NCBI RefSeq assembly: GCF_009914755.1
Contig: NC_060936.1
Length of the DNA: 64,000 nucleotides
Direction: 5' to 3' (one strand)
Origin: the human T2T-CHM13v2.0 reference genome, Homo sapiens
Positions within the stretch are counted from its first letter, which is position 1. Each line of letters opens with the position of its first letter. The notes below the pieces were generated by a model that had not been told where the DNA came from, did not search any database, and saw only the letters and a program-made list of their open reading frames with translations. Below are positions 49,290 to 64,000 of the stretch, in pieces. Position numbers and translations under genes: made by a program.

Positions 49290-51745
49290 GAAAGAAATAT
49301 CAGAAAAAAGTAAGTGAAAAACCCATGGACCCTCACACAGGGCTGCAATTAGTTTGTGATCCCAAAAGAAGGAAAGGAAATTGTCATAATCCAATAAACA
49401 TTGGGTAGAATATTCAGAGGAGCCCTGTGTTAGTAGTGAGGATAAATTAGCCTTAGGCTAAAGACTATTCTGGACCCATCCTAACAAAGCTTACAGGATA
49501 GGATCCAATTGCTTCCAAATAACTGTGTTTCAGAAAAACAAAAAACAAACAAAAAAAAACTAACATTACTTAAAGAAATATAACAAAATCCATAAATCAA
49601 GGAGCAAGTCAAGAAATAGAAAAAGAATCAGAAATGATGGAGATGCTGGAACTAACAGACAAAAATCTAAAACTATTATAAATATTCCCTACATGTCCAG
49701 TAAGGTAGAGGAAAAGATGAGCATAATAAAGAGAAAAATTGAAGATATTAAAAAATACTCAAATGGAACTTCTAGAGAAAACAATTATAAATGAGTGATC
49801 AAAAAATAAACTACAGGGTTTTATAGAAAATTGGACACTGTAAAAGAAATATTGGTGAACTTGAACATAAAGCAAAAGAAAATGACCCCAAACAAACACT
49901 GAGAGTAAAAAAAAAAAGACAAAAAACCCCCAGAAAATCAGTGAGATATGGGAAAATATAATTGTTATAACCTACAAGTAATTGAAGTTCAGGAGGAGAA
50001 GTGGAGAATGGAATATTTTGAAATAATGATGACTAAAAGTTCCAAAATTTGATGAAAATGATAACCCAAAGACTCAAGAATTTCCATGAACCTCAAGCAG
50101 AAGAAAGGCTTTTAAGCAATAAAGGAAGCTAAGAAAAATCATAGTAAAATTGGCAGGAGAGTGGGAAGAACAGTGAAAAAAACATTTTTTAAGAGCAACC
50201 AGAGAAAAAAGATAGGTTACATGGCAAGGAACAAAGGTGAGAATAATGCCATCCTTTTTGTCAGAAACTATTTAAGCCAAATAATAATAGACATCTTTAA
50301 AATATAAAAATGAAAAAAAAGTTAATCAAGAATTGTTTATACAATGAAAATATCTTTCAAAAATCAAGTCAAAGACAGATTTTCAGACAACAAAAGGAGG
50401 AGATGACTCATAATCACCAAGTGTGCACTTAAACAAATATTAAAATAAATTATCTAGGCAGATGAAAAATGATAACAGGTGGAAAATTTGGGCCTACACA
50501 AAGGAATGAAGAGAGAAATGAATAATATGTAGATAAATGTAGAACAGATTTTTTATTCTTTTCCAGCCTCTTTAAGAGATGAATAACTCTTTAAAGTTAA
50601 AAACAAAAAAGAACAAATTCTGGAGTTTGTGTCATACATAGAAGTAAAAAGCATGGCAACCTAGCACAAAAGGTTAAATAGGAAATGGATGGATACTGAT
50701 GCAAGGTCCATATACCATGAGTGAAGTCGTATAATATTACATGAAGGTGAACTGTGATAAATTTAAAATGCATATGTACTGTAAACCTCAGAAGAACCAC
50801 TAAAAATAGTTATGTCTAACAAGACAATAGTAAAAATAAAATAAAGTAATAAAAATAACTAATAAAAATAATAACAGGGAGAGAGGAATAAAAAACAAAG
50901 AGAAGACAAGTAAATAGAAAACAAATAACCAATATAGAAGATTTAAAACCAACAGTATCAATAGCTACACTGCATGTTAACAGTCTAGACACTTGAATTA
51001 AATGGCAGATACTGGTGGGATTGGATTAAAAGGCAATACCCAACTATATACTGCCTGAAATATAGTACTTACCAAGTGGATTTTTAAAATTAATAATAAA
51101 AGAATGGCAAAAGATATACCATGCAAACACTAACCAAAAGAAAGCTGGAGTAACTATATTAATATATGACATCTTATAGTTCCAATATTTATAGTTGGAA
51201 AATTAACATCTCAATCTCAGTAATTGATAGCAAAAGTAGACAGAAAAATCAGTGAAGATACAGAAGACTTGAATAACACTGTCAATCAACTTGACCTAAT
51301 TAACATTTATAGAACACTCCATACAACAAGAGGAAAATCTACATTCTTTCCAAGGTCATTCAGTAAGATAGACAATATCCTGGGTCATAAAACAAGGCTC
51401 AATCAATTTAAGAGAATTAATGTAATACAAAGTATATTCTCTGACCACAGGAGAATTAAACTAGAACTCAATAACGCAAATATATCTGCAGAAAACTCCA
51501 AATATTTGGAAACCAAACCATAGGTCAACGAGGAAATCACAAATGATATCAGAAAAGATTTTCCCTGAATGAAAACAAAACACAATATATCAAAAATTGT
51601 GGAATGCAACTAAAGCAGTGCTTAGAGAATTTATAGCATTAAATATTTATGTTAGAAAAGAAGGCTTTCTTAAATCAATGATCTCAGCTTCCACCTTAGA
51701 AAACTAGAAAAAGAAGAGGATATTAAGCAAAAGTTAAAAATAAAA
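49290..51745 (+). mobile_element. Old L1M fragment: decayed ORF1 and ORF2 endonuclease region
   Basis: A-rich; ORF 51224-51523 (DLNNTVNQLDLINIYRTLH...FSKIDNILGHK...IFSDH..IKLE) is the L1 APE endonuclease C-terminal motif set. Confidence 0.92.
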
Positions 51746-52729
51746 ATAAAAGCTACATTTATTGAACACTTACCAGGCATTATCTTAAGTGATTTATGCT
51801 AAGTGTCTTTTCCAATCTGGTCATAACATTATGAGTTAGTCATGATTAATATCCCACATTTCAGATGAGGAAATTAAATCTTGCTGAACTTCTGTAACTT
51901 CCAAGTTTATGTAGTTAACCAAGAGCCAGAGTTATTATTTGAACTCAGGTCTCTATGCTGTTGTAACTTCAACATCCTACAGATTGAGTGTATTTATACC
52001 GTTAAGCATATTTTATTATCTTCAGGTTTGATATTTCTTTGTTGCATATATATTATACATATATATAAATACTATATACACATACATACACGAATTCTTC
52101 ATTTACCTAGAACCAAAAGGACCTTCTCCTAGCATGCTGGAGAATGTCTAGAGACCAGACATTGCTATTATCATCTCTGAAAACTGTGGCATCAGTGAAA
52201 TGACCTACCATGAAGGATGTCACTGGGAAGTCTGTGATGGCAGTCCATGAATAATTTGCACTTATTCCTGCCAGTCTTTCAAGCTACATGGTCTCGAGTC
52301 ATGGAGATATGGGTGAGCAACTGAGTATCACAGTGCTCTCCATGGCCACCATAACTCACTCAAGTCTTAATATCTTCTCGCAAGGATAAACCCAGCCTCC
52401 TTAAAACAAAATCAAGCTCATGTTCTTTACATGAGAAGCCAAATTCATCTTTCTCCAAGCACAAAGTAGTAAAGAGTGCTGGACATCTGATTTCTATTTG
52501 TAGAACTGCCAGGCAATTATTGTGTGTCTTGGGCAAGGGACTTGATTTTCTAAATCCTCAGTTTTCTCTGTTGCAAAATGGAAGCAAAAAGATCTCTCCA
52601 ATGTCCTCTCCTTGTTTGCTGCTTTCTGCATCTTTTCTCCTACACAATTGACAATTTTAACTGCCTTATCGGTATAACTACTGAAGAATCAGTTCCCAAT
52701 ATCCATGAAGGTAAAAGTCAGATATTATT

Positions 52730-53720
<991 letters not shown>

Positions 53721-54049
53721 GTGCCGCTGCAAAGAACGATCATGTTTGCCGCAATCTTGTAGTTTTAAGGACCTTTTCATAACCTAATGCACATGTCAAC
53801 CCATGGCCAGAACCCTATGTAAGATTTATCCCCAATTTTTTTTTTGGCCTCCTTGCTCCTCTCTTTTAATTTGTTCCCTTTGGCTTCCTTAAGTATTAAC
53901 TCTAACAGATAACAGCTTTACAGTTTGGCTTCCCTTGTTTTATTCAACTCAGTTTCAGGTTATTATAATGTCTTCATTTCCGATGTGGCCGCCATATTGG
54001 ATGGTGCTGAATCACCCATTCAAAAGAAATGTGTTAATGCCAGTTTATG

Positions 54050-54850
54050 TGCCAGTCATCGTTAGTATCTGGAAATACACAGGAAAATATTAGGGTTAGG
54101 ATTAATGAAGACTAATGAATTCAGTAGTGGTATACACAGAGTATCATCAGAGCCCAAAAAAGGAACATTTATATGAAAGAATATCAGGAAGGCGTCTGGA
54201 AAGAGTTGGTACTACAGCTACAGTTTGAAAAATGAGCAACTTAGCCAGGTATACAGAGGGGAAGAGAATTTTCTAGACTCTGTTAGCATCATGCATGAAA
54301 GTATGGAAGCATGAAACAGTATGATACATTTACAGAAAAGCGCATGTAGAGAAGTATGAGATAATGGGGCTTGATTGATAGAAGGCTAGAGAATAAAAAT
54401 CATGTGTGCTAAGATAATTTATCTTGAAAGGTCCAGGGAGCATTTTAAAATTCTTAACAAGGGAATCATTTGGTCGGATCTCCAATTTAGAACGTTTAGT
54501 ATTCCATCATTGAAGACAGTGACATGTAAGAGTGAGTTCTGGATGAAGGAAGCCAGGTAGGGAGTTACTGTAGTAATTCTTCTATGAAGAAATGAGGACT
54601 AGAACAAGAGCAGAGGCAACACAAATATAATGGAAGGTACGGCTATATGACACAGTAAGGAAATTGAATCTATAGAATTGGTGCTGGGTTTAAACATGAG
54701 AATTGAACGAGAAGAAAACTCTAAAATAAATCCCAGGTTTCTGGGTTTGGCAAAGAAAGAGATGATGATATTATTCATCATTAGAAGGGAGAGAAACATT
54801 AACTTGCAGACACATTGAGAGTAGTGAAACTTCCGTAAGAGCTGTCCAGT
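54050..54850 (+). mobile_element. L2 LINE remnant
   Basis: atcaggaaggcgtctggaaagag...gaagccaggtagggagttactgtagtaatt...cccaggtttctgggtttggcaa, degenerate L2-like motifs. Strand call uncertain. Confidence 0.6.
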
Positions 54851-55885
54851 GAACAGGTATTTTTATACATTTTGTCAAGGGCAAGAAAATTTCCCATTGA
54901 TTGGGGCCTATTTAGTTGCCTTCTTCTTCTTGCAAGACTATTTTTCTCAACACACCTTGTAATCTTAGGCAAAGGGAAGAAGGCTTTTATTTGGAGTTGC
55001 TTTTATATGAGACCAAGTATAACTAAAAAGATATAGCATATCCTCAACCCCACCCAGCCCCCATTCATTGCAGCACCTCCTAAGGTGTAGATGTCCCCTG
55101 TATCCCAAAAACGTGAGTGGTGACTAAGTGTGATGTGGCACAAACGTTGACCACACTAAAGTGACCACATAGTACTTTGCTGCTCCCACTGGGAAGCAAA
55201 ACATAATACAAATATACAATGCTTCACAGAGTAGCAGGTGATTCTTTTTTTTTTTCTTAAAGTCAGATTTATTGAGGTATAGTTTACACTAAACAGTTTA
55301 CTTTTTGTAACTTTTAAGTTCAGAGGCATCTTTTGACCTCAAAAACCTAGTTAAGTAAGCAAAGGAGAACTTTTTTTTTGTTTTCATTTCACTGATGAGG
55401 AAGCTGATGATTAAAGAGGTTAAATGACTTGTCCCGGGTCATACTTAGTCTTGAGTAAGCAAGATTAAGTCTTCTGACTCTTAATCCTGCTTTTTCCAAG
55501 ATATCACAGAGGATCTTCCAGAACAGCTTACTTAGAAAGGACATATAATCTGTTCCTCATAACAGTTTTATGGTAATAGGAATTTAATCTTCTAAGTAAT
55601 CAACTCAGGCTTTTCCACTTACCAGTGAAATTGCAGGAGGAAACTATAGAACTTGAAACACTATCTTCCACATTTCTGTATTGATCCTGTTTGATGGTTT
55701 GTGATATTAAGGGAATACATGACTATCATCTAGTGTTTCAAGACCAAGCCCTTCAAAGTAGAGTAAGCCACAACATAAAAAGTGCTTAGTTACCTTCTTG
55801 GCTCTAGAGAGTCATTAAATCCAACCTTTCTCTTCTGTCTAGCTGCCTAGGAGTGGCTTCTGTTTTAATCATCATCATCATTATT

Positions 55886-56724
<839 letters not shown>

Positions 56725-57469
56725 CTATTTTATCATTTCTATTAAGAGTTCCCTGCATTTCAATCTGGCCTAGAATACCTGCTGAGATCATATTCTTATG
56801 GGTATTAAGTGATAGTGTCATAAATTACCATCTGCAAAATACTATTTCAGAAGCTGTAATTCTCTGTCAAGTTCTCTGTTATATTGCTACACTCTGCAGA
56901 TTTTTAGAAAGTTAAATATTATATATGTATACTTCTGCATTAATGACTTTATTTTGATTCTTGTGGTATCTCAGGAATGTAATATGCAAAGTTTGTATAG
57001 ATGTTTTTCTTTAGTGTAATAAATTATTAGGATATGACTCTTTTGTAAAAGGGAGAAAGAACAGTAATTTGAATCCCTGCAGAGATAGCAATGTATTTGG
57101 AGACAATTTGAAATGTTTTATCTTTATCTACTAAAAATTCCAGGTTGAAAAGAATAAAATCACCTCCTCTCTCTAAATGCTTTACTCTGGTAGTATTATT
57201 ATGTAATTATTCACAAAAAGGTGTGTTCTTGTTACACAATCACTACCTTCTCCTTGGAGATTTCAAAAATAAATAGATGAGAAATTATGTCCCTCAAAAA
57301 AGACCACAAAAGTTTATCCAGAAAACTTTCCCTGTATTGATTTTTCTTTAATAAATGAAGCTACATGTTTTCATTTTTAAGAAATATAAAACCTTAACTT
57401 GTTCTTCTCTCTTGATACAGTTTAGGAGGTCTTGCATGCATTCTCTAACCTCACCTCCTTCCCCTTTCT

Positions 57470-57810
57470 CCAACTACACTGTCCTCTTTCAGTTCACTGA
57501 ACACTCCAAGCTCATTCATGCCTCAGGGCCTTTGCATATCCAGATATCTCCTTCTGCTCACTCCTTATTACCACCATGGTCCATTTGAACTGGATCCTCC
57601 CAGTTTTTTCTCTATCACTTCACCCTATTCATTTCCTTATTACAATTTACAAAAACCAAAAAGTGTTACTTCTTATCTCTCTTGCCAGCTCTATCAGAGC
57701 TGCTACCACATCTGTGTTGGATGTCATGTATAACCAGCGGCTAGTTCCATGCCTGGTACATCATTGCTTAATATCTTTTTGTTGAATGAATGAATGAATG
57801 GATGAATGAC
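57470..57810. mobile_element. L2 3' remnant
   Basis: cctcagggcctttgcat...gcctggtacatcattgcttaatatctttttgttgaatgaatgaatgaatg (L2-type terminal repeat). Confidence 0.75.
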
Positions 57811-58675
57811 AAAAATTCCTAATCAAATTTTCTGTTGCTACCTTTTATACTTACAACTTAATATTACATCCTTATACTCTAAACTCATACATACTTCTAT
57901 AAATAGGAGAAACTTTACCTACAGAAATAGCACACTAAGATTGTAAGCAGGAGAAAGATAACTGAAGTTTTTCGAATTTAGAATCTATTCTGGTCACTTT
58001 CTAATGAGTTCCAGAATCTATGTTCCCATATCTTTGGGAAGCAAATAATTGACTGTTAATAGCTTTTCAAATATGTCATCAGAATGGCAGATGAGGCCTG
58101 AAATTCTCAATGGATTGACAAAAAGCCCCTGTCCTCTTGGTAGAATGAAATATAGTACTTGTAACACTTCCTTACTTCCCCCAAATTACTTATTCTTTAA
58201 GTTACAGAAAAGGAATTCCACAAACTACAATGAAAACTCAAAGGAAGTAATTACTTTAGGTAATATACAAGTTAATACTATGTCTTTTGTTTGGTTTTTC
58301 TTCAGACAGAAAGTTAACCCAAACTTTTTTTTAATTCATTCTTGAATTTTAGAAACCATTGTTAAAGTATTAATCATTTCTGAGCCATCCGTAGATTGAG
58401 TTTATTCATCCTTTCTTTAAGTTCCTCTCAACAAACTTAGCCATGTTTTATGATGTATAAAACATGCTAAAATATTTTTAATCTAAACCAAAATGGATTT
58501 TGGTCAGGTATGCTGACCCTGAGCAGTCAGTATATGACAGGGAGACCAAAACAACCCAACCAGTTCTGATTTTACACAAGTTCCTTGCCTTCTCCTTTAA
58601 CATATATCGGAATTGCTACCTTAGATGGTTCAGTGTTATGGGAAGTTGACAGACAGAAAATGCAGTATTATATTA

Positions 58676-59432
58676 GGTCAAAGGTTGACAAACTTTTCCT
58701 GTAAAGTGAATATTTCAGACTTTGTGAGACATGTACTCGCTGTCACAATGACACAACTAAGCCATCTTAGAGGGAAAGCAATCACAGACGATATATAGGT
58801 GAATATGCATAAGCAGGTGCCTTACTTCAGGCTGCTGTCACAAAGTACCATAGACTGGGTGGCTTACAAACATATTTCTCACTGTTCTGGAAGCTGAGGA
58901 GTACTAGGTCAGAGTGTCTCTCTTCTCAGTTACAGACTGCTGTCTTCTTGTATCCTCACATGGCAAGAAGAGGACAAGAGAGCTCTCTGGAGTCCCTTTC
59001 ATGAGGACATTAATCCCATTCATGAGGGCTAAAACCTCATACCCTAATCACCTCCCAAAGGCTCTACCACCTAATAAGATCACACTGGGTGCTAAAATTT
59101 CAACATATGAATTTTGGGAAGAACACAAACATTCAGTCCACTGCAGTGTGCTATAATAAAACTTGATTTACAAAAGTACACTGTAGGCCAGACATGGCTT
59201 GCAGACCATAGTCCGACAACCTTTGAATTAGGTGATCACTACAACATGTAAATGAATATGCATTGTGTCTTAGTTCAGGCTGCTATAACAAAGTACCATA
59301 GACATGGTGGTTTACAAATATGTTTCTCACAGTTCTGGAAACTAGGGAGTCCTAAGTCAGAGAGTCCCTCTTCCCAGATATAGACTATTGTCTTTTTCTT
59401 GTATCCTCACATGGCAAAAAGAGGATAAGAGC
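58676..59432. mobile_element. MER58-like element interrupted by MLT1A-like LTR (about 58817-59145), followed by a partial second copy of the junction (about 59235-59432)
   Basis: caaaggttgacaaacttttcctgtaaag...catagtccgacaacctttg termini; two similar cttagttcaggctgct...cctcacatggcaa blocks. Confidence 0.78.
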
Positions 59433-59639
59433 ACGATACCTAGATGTATTTGTGATGGGGAGTCAGCCATTTTAACATTTATTAAACACCCACTAAACTC
59501 CAAGGTTTCCAGACAGTGTCATAAATAAGCTTCACAACTGATCTGTATTCAGTAGGTGTGAAAATTGAAACTGCCTGGTTATTAATCTGTGTGGCCAGGC
59601 CATGAACCCATTCTCTTCCGTCAGGTTCAGCCCTTAAGC

Positions 59640-59840
59640 ACACATGCCACAGAGTCAAAAACAACCTAGGTTTGAATCTTGCTCAGCTATTTACTGATGG
59701 TGTGCTGTATGGAAAATTACTAGACCTCTGTGTATCTCAGAATCTTCCCCTATCTCATGGAGTGGCTAGGAGGATTAAGAAATAAACCACAAATAGCACT
59801 CGCTTAGAACAGTGCTCTCTGCTCAACGCATGTGGCTAGC
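59640..59840 (+). mobile_element. MIR SINE
   Basis: cctaggtttgaatcttgctcagctatttact...gacctctgtgtatctcag...gaggattaaga. Confidence 0.7.
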
Positions 59841-62800
59841 TTTGACCACAATTCTGCAGACACTTCAGGTTCCAGAGAGTTCTTTCAGAAGTTCCACAAA
59901 TGTTTGATTTAAATGCTGCTAAAAAATATTTTTCACTACTTAAAATACCTTAATAAAAAGAAACATATATTCATGCAATGTATACCAAATTGAACACATA
60001 TTCTCATTCTATATGTTAACTTGTGTTGTCAGTTAACTTTTACACAGACATTGAAGCAAAGCTTTTCCTGTTCTTCCTGTTTATTTAAAAATTTTGCAGA
60101 GAATTCAAGGTAAGCTGATAAAAATAATTCTTACCATTGTAACCACTTAGCTGTGTGAATCAGAATTGTCTTGACACTGTGCAGCTGAAGTAAAAACAAT
60201 CTAAAATTGGAGGCTGAGGTGGACATAAGATTCTCATCTCTAATATTGTGTTAATCAGAAAAACTTTATTATTCCCATTGATTGGCTTTACAATAAGTAA
60301 ATGTTATAAATCGGTTTTAAAGCCTTTATATGAAAATGACTCACTTTTTCTGTTTTATATATTTAAGGTTTCATGTAAATTTTCATTTGGAGCTAAAAAA
60401 GACATTTTTCAGCAGAAACATTTAACTAGTACTTAACTAGTCAAGATCTGCCTCTTTAGATTGGGGCTTTTTTTAGATCAATACTTGATTCTTACGTATC
60501 TTTTTTAAAAATTAGACTCTGATAATTAGGTCAAGACAAAGAGTTACCCAAGCAGAGTTCTTCATTCTCCTTTACTCTCCTACCCACATCATTATGTCCT
60601 AGTGGCCTTAATAGATATTTTCTCCTTAGATCTTTATAATAATCCTCTGAGTTTGCCAGGCAGGTGATATTAGTCTCATAAATGAAGAAGGTGAATGAGA
60701 CTCAAAGAATATAAATGACTCCCAAGGGCATATGACTAAACAAGTGGTAGGGTCAAGACTCAAATCAGAAGGCTTCTGACTACTAATCGAGAGTTTTTCC
60801 CACCCGTTTTGATGTCAAAGATGGCTGAGATTTTGGGGAGGGGCTTTGGGAGTTCAGAGGTGACCCTTTAGCCACTGCTGAAGCTGATAGAGATGCAGGA
60901 TCAGTAAACATATCTTATTCTTTGTTTGTTTTTCCATAGGTTGGCTAGGCTTTCTAGTGATTAAAAAAAGCAATGTAGACACTTGTAAAGTGTTTTAATT
61001 TATTGTCCTGGACTCTGTCTCACTTGTTGCAAGAGTCATTTGACATGACGCCTTGCTAAGAAATCCACACGTAGGTCTCAAATTCAGTCCTGGTTGATTT
61101 CCTAGGGTCTATGCTCCATGAGGGCAGGGACAGTACTAGATATTTGTGTCCACAAACATCTAGAGGCATCCAATTCTTATCTGTTCATAAATATATGATA
61201 GAATCAACCATCATTCTATACATTTTTCTTTAGATCTTTTTTCCTTTTGCTACCATTGCTTTTTGGACCATTATTGCAGGCATATCATAAACTTCCTTGG
61301 TAACTCTTGGCATTTTGGTCCTGCCTCCCTCAGATTTTTTTCTGCATAATCTCAAAGCATCCAGCAATGCTTCTCCAGCGCCTCTCAGAACAAGGCCCAG
61401 ATTATCCTCCTGGGATTCAAGTTTCTTCATGATATGGGCATGCCTTATGAATACACCTTCACTCTGGTCTCATCACCGTCCCTGCAGTCCTCTCTCTATA
61501 TGGGACATGCTCATTGCTGCTTTGTGTCTCTGCCGTTGCTTGTCTGTTTGCCAGCTTTCATTTCTCTACACAGATCCAAATTGTACCCATGATTTCCTAC
61601 CTAATTCAACTCTAATTTTCTATGATCCCTGCCCCAGTAATTTTAGCCCATAAGAATTTTTATAGCACAAATTTTGTACTTAATGACACTTGTATTATTT
61701 CATGGGTTAGTTAGTGCAATCTCTATGAGGCTGTAGGCAATCAAGTAAGATATTTAAATTGTACCCACATTGTCCTACCTTCCCACACTGTAGACACCTA
61801 CTAAATTGGAGTAATGTGTAATAAAATAATTTATAGATTTAAGTAATTGAAATCATCCCAAGGCACAGAGAGAACAAACAAACATATTCCTGAGACATGT
61901 CTAATTCATGTGCCATGGTTATCTTGAGATAATTTTCCACTGTACTTTTAATAAAAGAGACACCTAAATTATTTCATAGTTTGCTTTTGTTTTTCCTCCT
62001 TGAGCATTGCCATGGTTATTGATATTTATTAAATCAAATCTGCCACTGAAGCATATATAACCACTCAAGAATGAATTACAGCAAATATTTAACTGCCTGC
62101 CTGCCTTTGAATTGGTTAATCAGAATGAGTGATGCATTAGCTGGTTCAACTCCTTTCACCTGGAAAGATGGCTATCGATTCCCTTTATTGTGATTTAAAA
62201 GATTTGAGGAAAGTCTAAAAGCATTTCAAAAGATTTCAATAAGTAAGACATAATTCTGCTTTTCATAACCACTAAATGAAAAAAAAAACTAAATACAAAA
62301 AAGATTCTTCGAGTAAAATTCTGTCATTCTCCACTTTTTATTGTGTTAAAAAAATCAACTATAATATGAGTGAAAGTCAAGTTCTGCTGGTATGTATGAA
62401 ATGAGAAGAGAGGTGCTGTAGGTTATTAATAACAGGGGATGTTTTGTACCTGTTCTGGAAGATGAATATGCATTTTTGTGTTGGAGCCAGTCCATAAGTC
62501 AAATTCCTTTAAAACAGGCAGAGGCCAGCCTTGTTCTGGCTGCAGCCTGCACGGCCAGAAAAACAGAGGAAGAAGCGCCTTCCACCAGCATGAAATGTTA
62601 TCCACTTTGATATGTAAACATTCTTCCTTCACCTGAAGTTGATGTCAGGGTAACTAAAACACAAGAACTTGGTTGACTGAGCAGAAGCAATCTATTGTAT
62701 TCTTCTGTTTTTCAAAACCAGAGATAATCAAGGACTGTTATGTCAGATGCTAGCTGACCTAACTTTTGAGTGGAAAACGAACCAGGAATCTGAGATAACT

Positions 62801-63299
62801 GGATAGTCTCCGCATATTTTTAAAAAATCAGCATGTCTCTTGAAACTGCTCAGACTTAGCTGATTTTTGTAGTTGTTGTTGTTCTCTTTATAGTTTTTTT
62901 TCTTTTTTCTCTGTATTCCAGACTCCTGGCATTTAATCTATTGGGTGGGAATAAATGACGTAAATTGTACTCATATTTGCAAAAGGCCCAAAAAAGATGT
63001 TAAGGCTGTTAACAACAGACGTCTACGCTACAGTTGAAATGGGCTAGGTGAATTGAGACAGAATTCTATGAACATTTTATGAAGCTTTCCTTAAATTTCT
63101 AATTGAAAATTGCTACTGTTTGTGTTACTGTTGATTCATTTCATTTAAGTCTTGGTCTTGTAGATTCTATTGATACCCCATTCTTGGGGATGAAAAACAA
63201 TGTTAAATGCGCACATTTGTTAGGAAAATGGGCTGGGTGGGAGACGGAAGGCTTTGGCCGCCATCCTAGGGCATTCCTGTGCATTGCGATGGTCAGCAT

Positions 63300-63412
63300 T
63301 TCTGTATCTAAACATCGAAAAAGTACAATAAAAATACAGTATTATAATCTGGGACCACTATCATACACGCAGTCTTTCTTGACCAAAACATCCTTATGCC
63401 GTGCGTGGCTGT
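63300..63412 (+). mobile_element. Tigger3-like terminal fragment
   Basis: gtatctaaacatcgaaaaagtacaataaaaatac...gggaccactatcatacacgcagtc, similar to 19530-19649. Confidence 0.7.
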
Positions 63413-64000
63413 GCTGAGAAGGAGGAGCACTCGTCCTCTCCAAGCACATCCAATTTGCCTCAGTCCTCATGACTCCTGCCCTGTTACCAGAACTGAGCTC
63501 ATTTGTTATTGAAGTTGCTTTTCTTATACCCAGCCCAGTTTTCCATTGATGCTCCCGCTTATTCTATGTAGGTATTTTCATTTATCACACAATATCCCTA
63601 GTCTAAGATTTCATTTGAGGAAAGAAAAAAAAAAAAACCTCTGCTGCTAAAAATAATTTGAAAACTCCTAGACAATAGGACCTTTCAAATCCCTTACAAT
63701 TCTAACAACCAGTGAATTCATGCTTCACAGCCATTCAGATCTATACGTATGAAATACAAGACATATGTGTTCAACTTTCCTTCATCGCCTCCTTTAAACT
63801 TTCTTTTTTCTTTTTTGAGTCAGTCCCTGCAGGAACAGACCAAGTGAGCCCATTAAGAGAACAGTTCATTCCCACCTGCTACCTCGAGCCAGCCAACAAT
63901 CTCAGCCTCACCACTCCATTCTTGATTATGTAGAACCATTCCAATCCTGAGTGACAGGATTTGCAAAGACAGCTGTTGGGCTCCACAAACATTTGGAGGA

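Noticed and set aside
51224-51523. Endonuclease-like ORF
   Set aside because: Short open stretch of a heavily decayed L1 ORF2, not a functional gene.
60000-64000. Possible exons or promoter of a neighbouring lncRNA in the repeat-poor right end, including ORF 61297-61653
   Set aside because: No recognisable protein similarity or consistent exon chain can be supported from sequence alone.

Overview
AT-rich, repeat-dense primate (most likely human) genomic DNA. I recognise it from the translated proteins as the chr12q22 CLLU1 / CLLU1OS (CLLU1-AS1) locus. The 121-codon single-exon CLLU1 ORF is on + at 22144-22509. The 101-codon CLLU1OS ORF assembles exactly from three minus-strand exons (25610-25559, 20114-20025, 18651-18488; 306 nt, GT-AG introns). 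No conserved protein-coding gene, tRNA, rRNA or CRISPR array is visible; the remaining sequence is Alu, MIR, L1, L2, L3/CR1, MaLR/ERVL/ERV9 LTRs, DNA transposons and simple repeats. The gene pair itself is already described. The less obvious observations are: (i) the pair appears built from transposon parts, with an MLT2 solo LTR as first exon and donor, both start codons inside MIR SINEs, and candidate polyA signals in a MIR; (ii) the CLLU1 ORF straddles a cassette exon, so splicing removes its start and stop; (iii) predicted splice junctions create 31-aa and 34-aa ORFs in strong Kozak context. Several local duplications and non-B-DNA tracts are also seen. Repeat subfamily names and transcript ends are by-eye calls and need RepeatMasker and RNA-seq confirmation.
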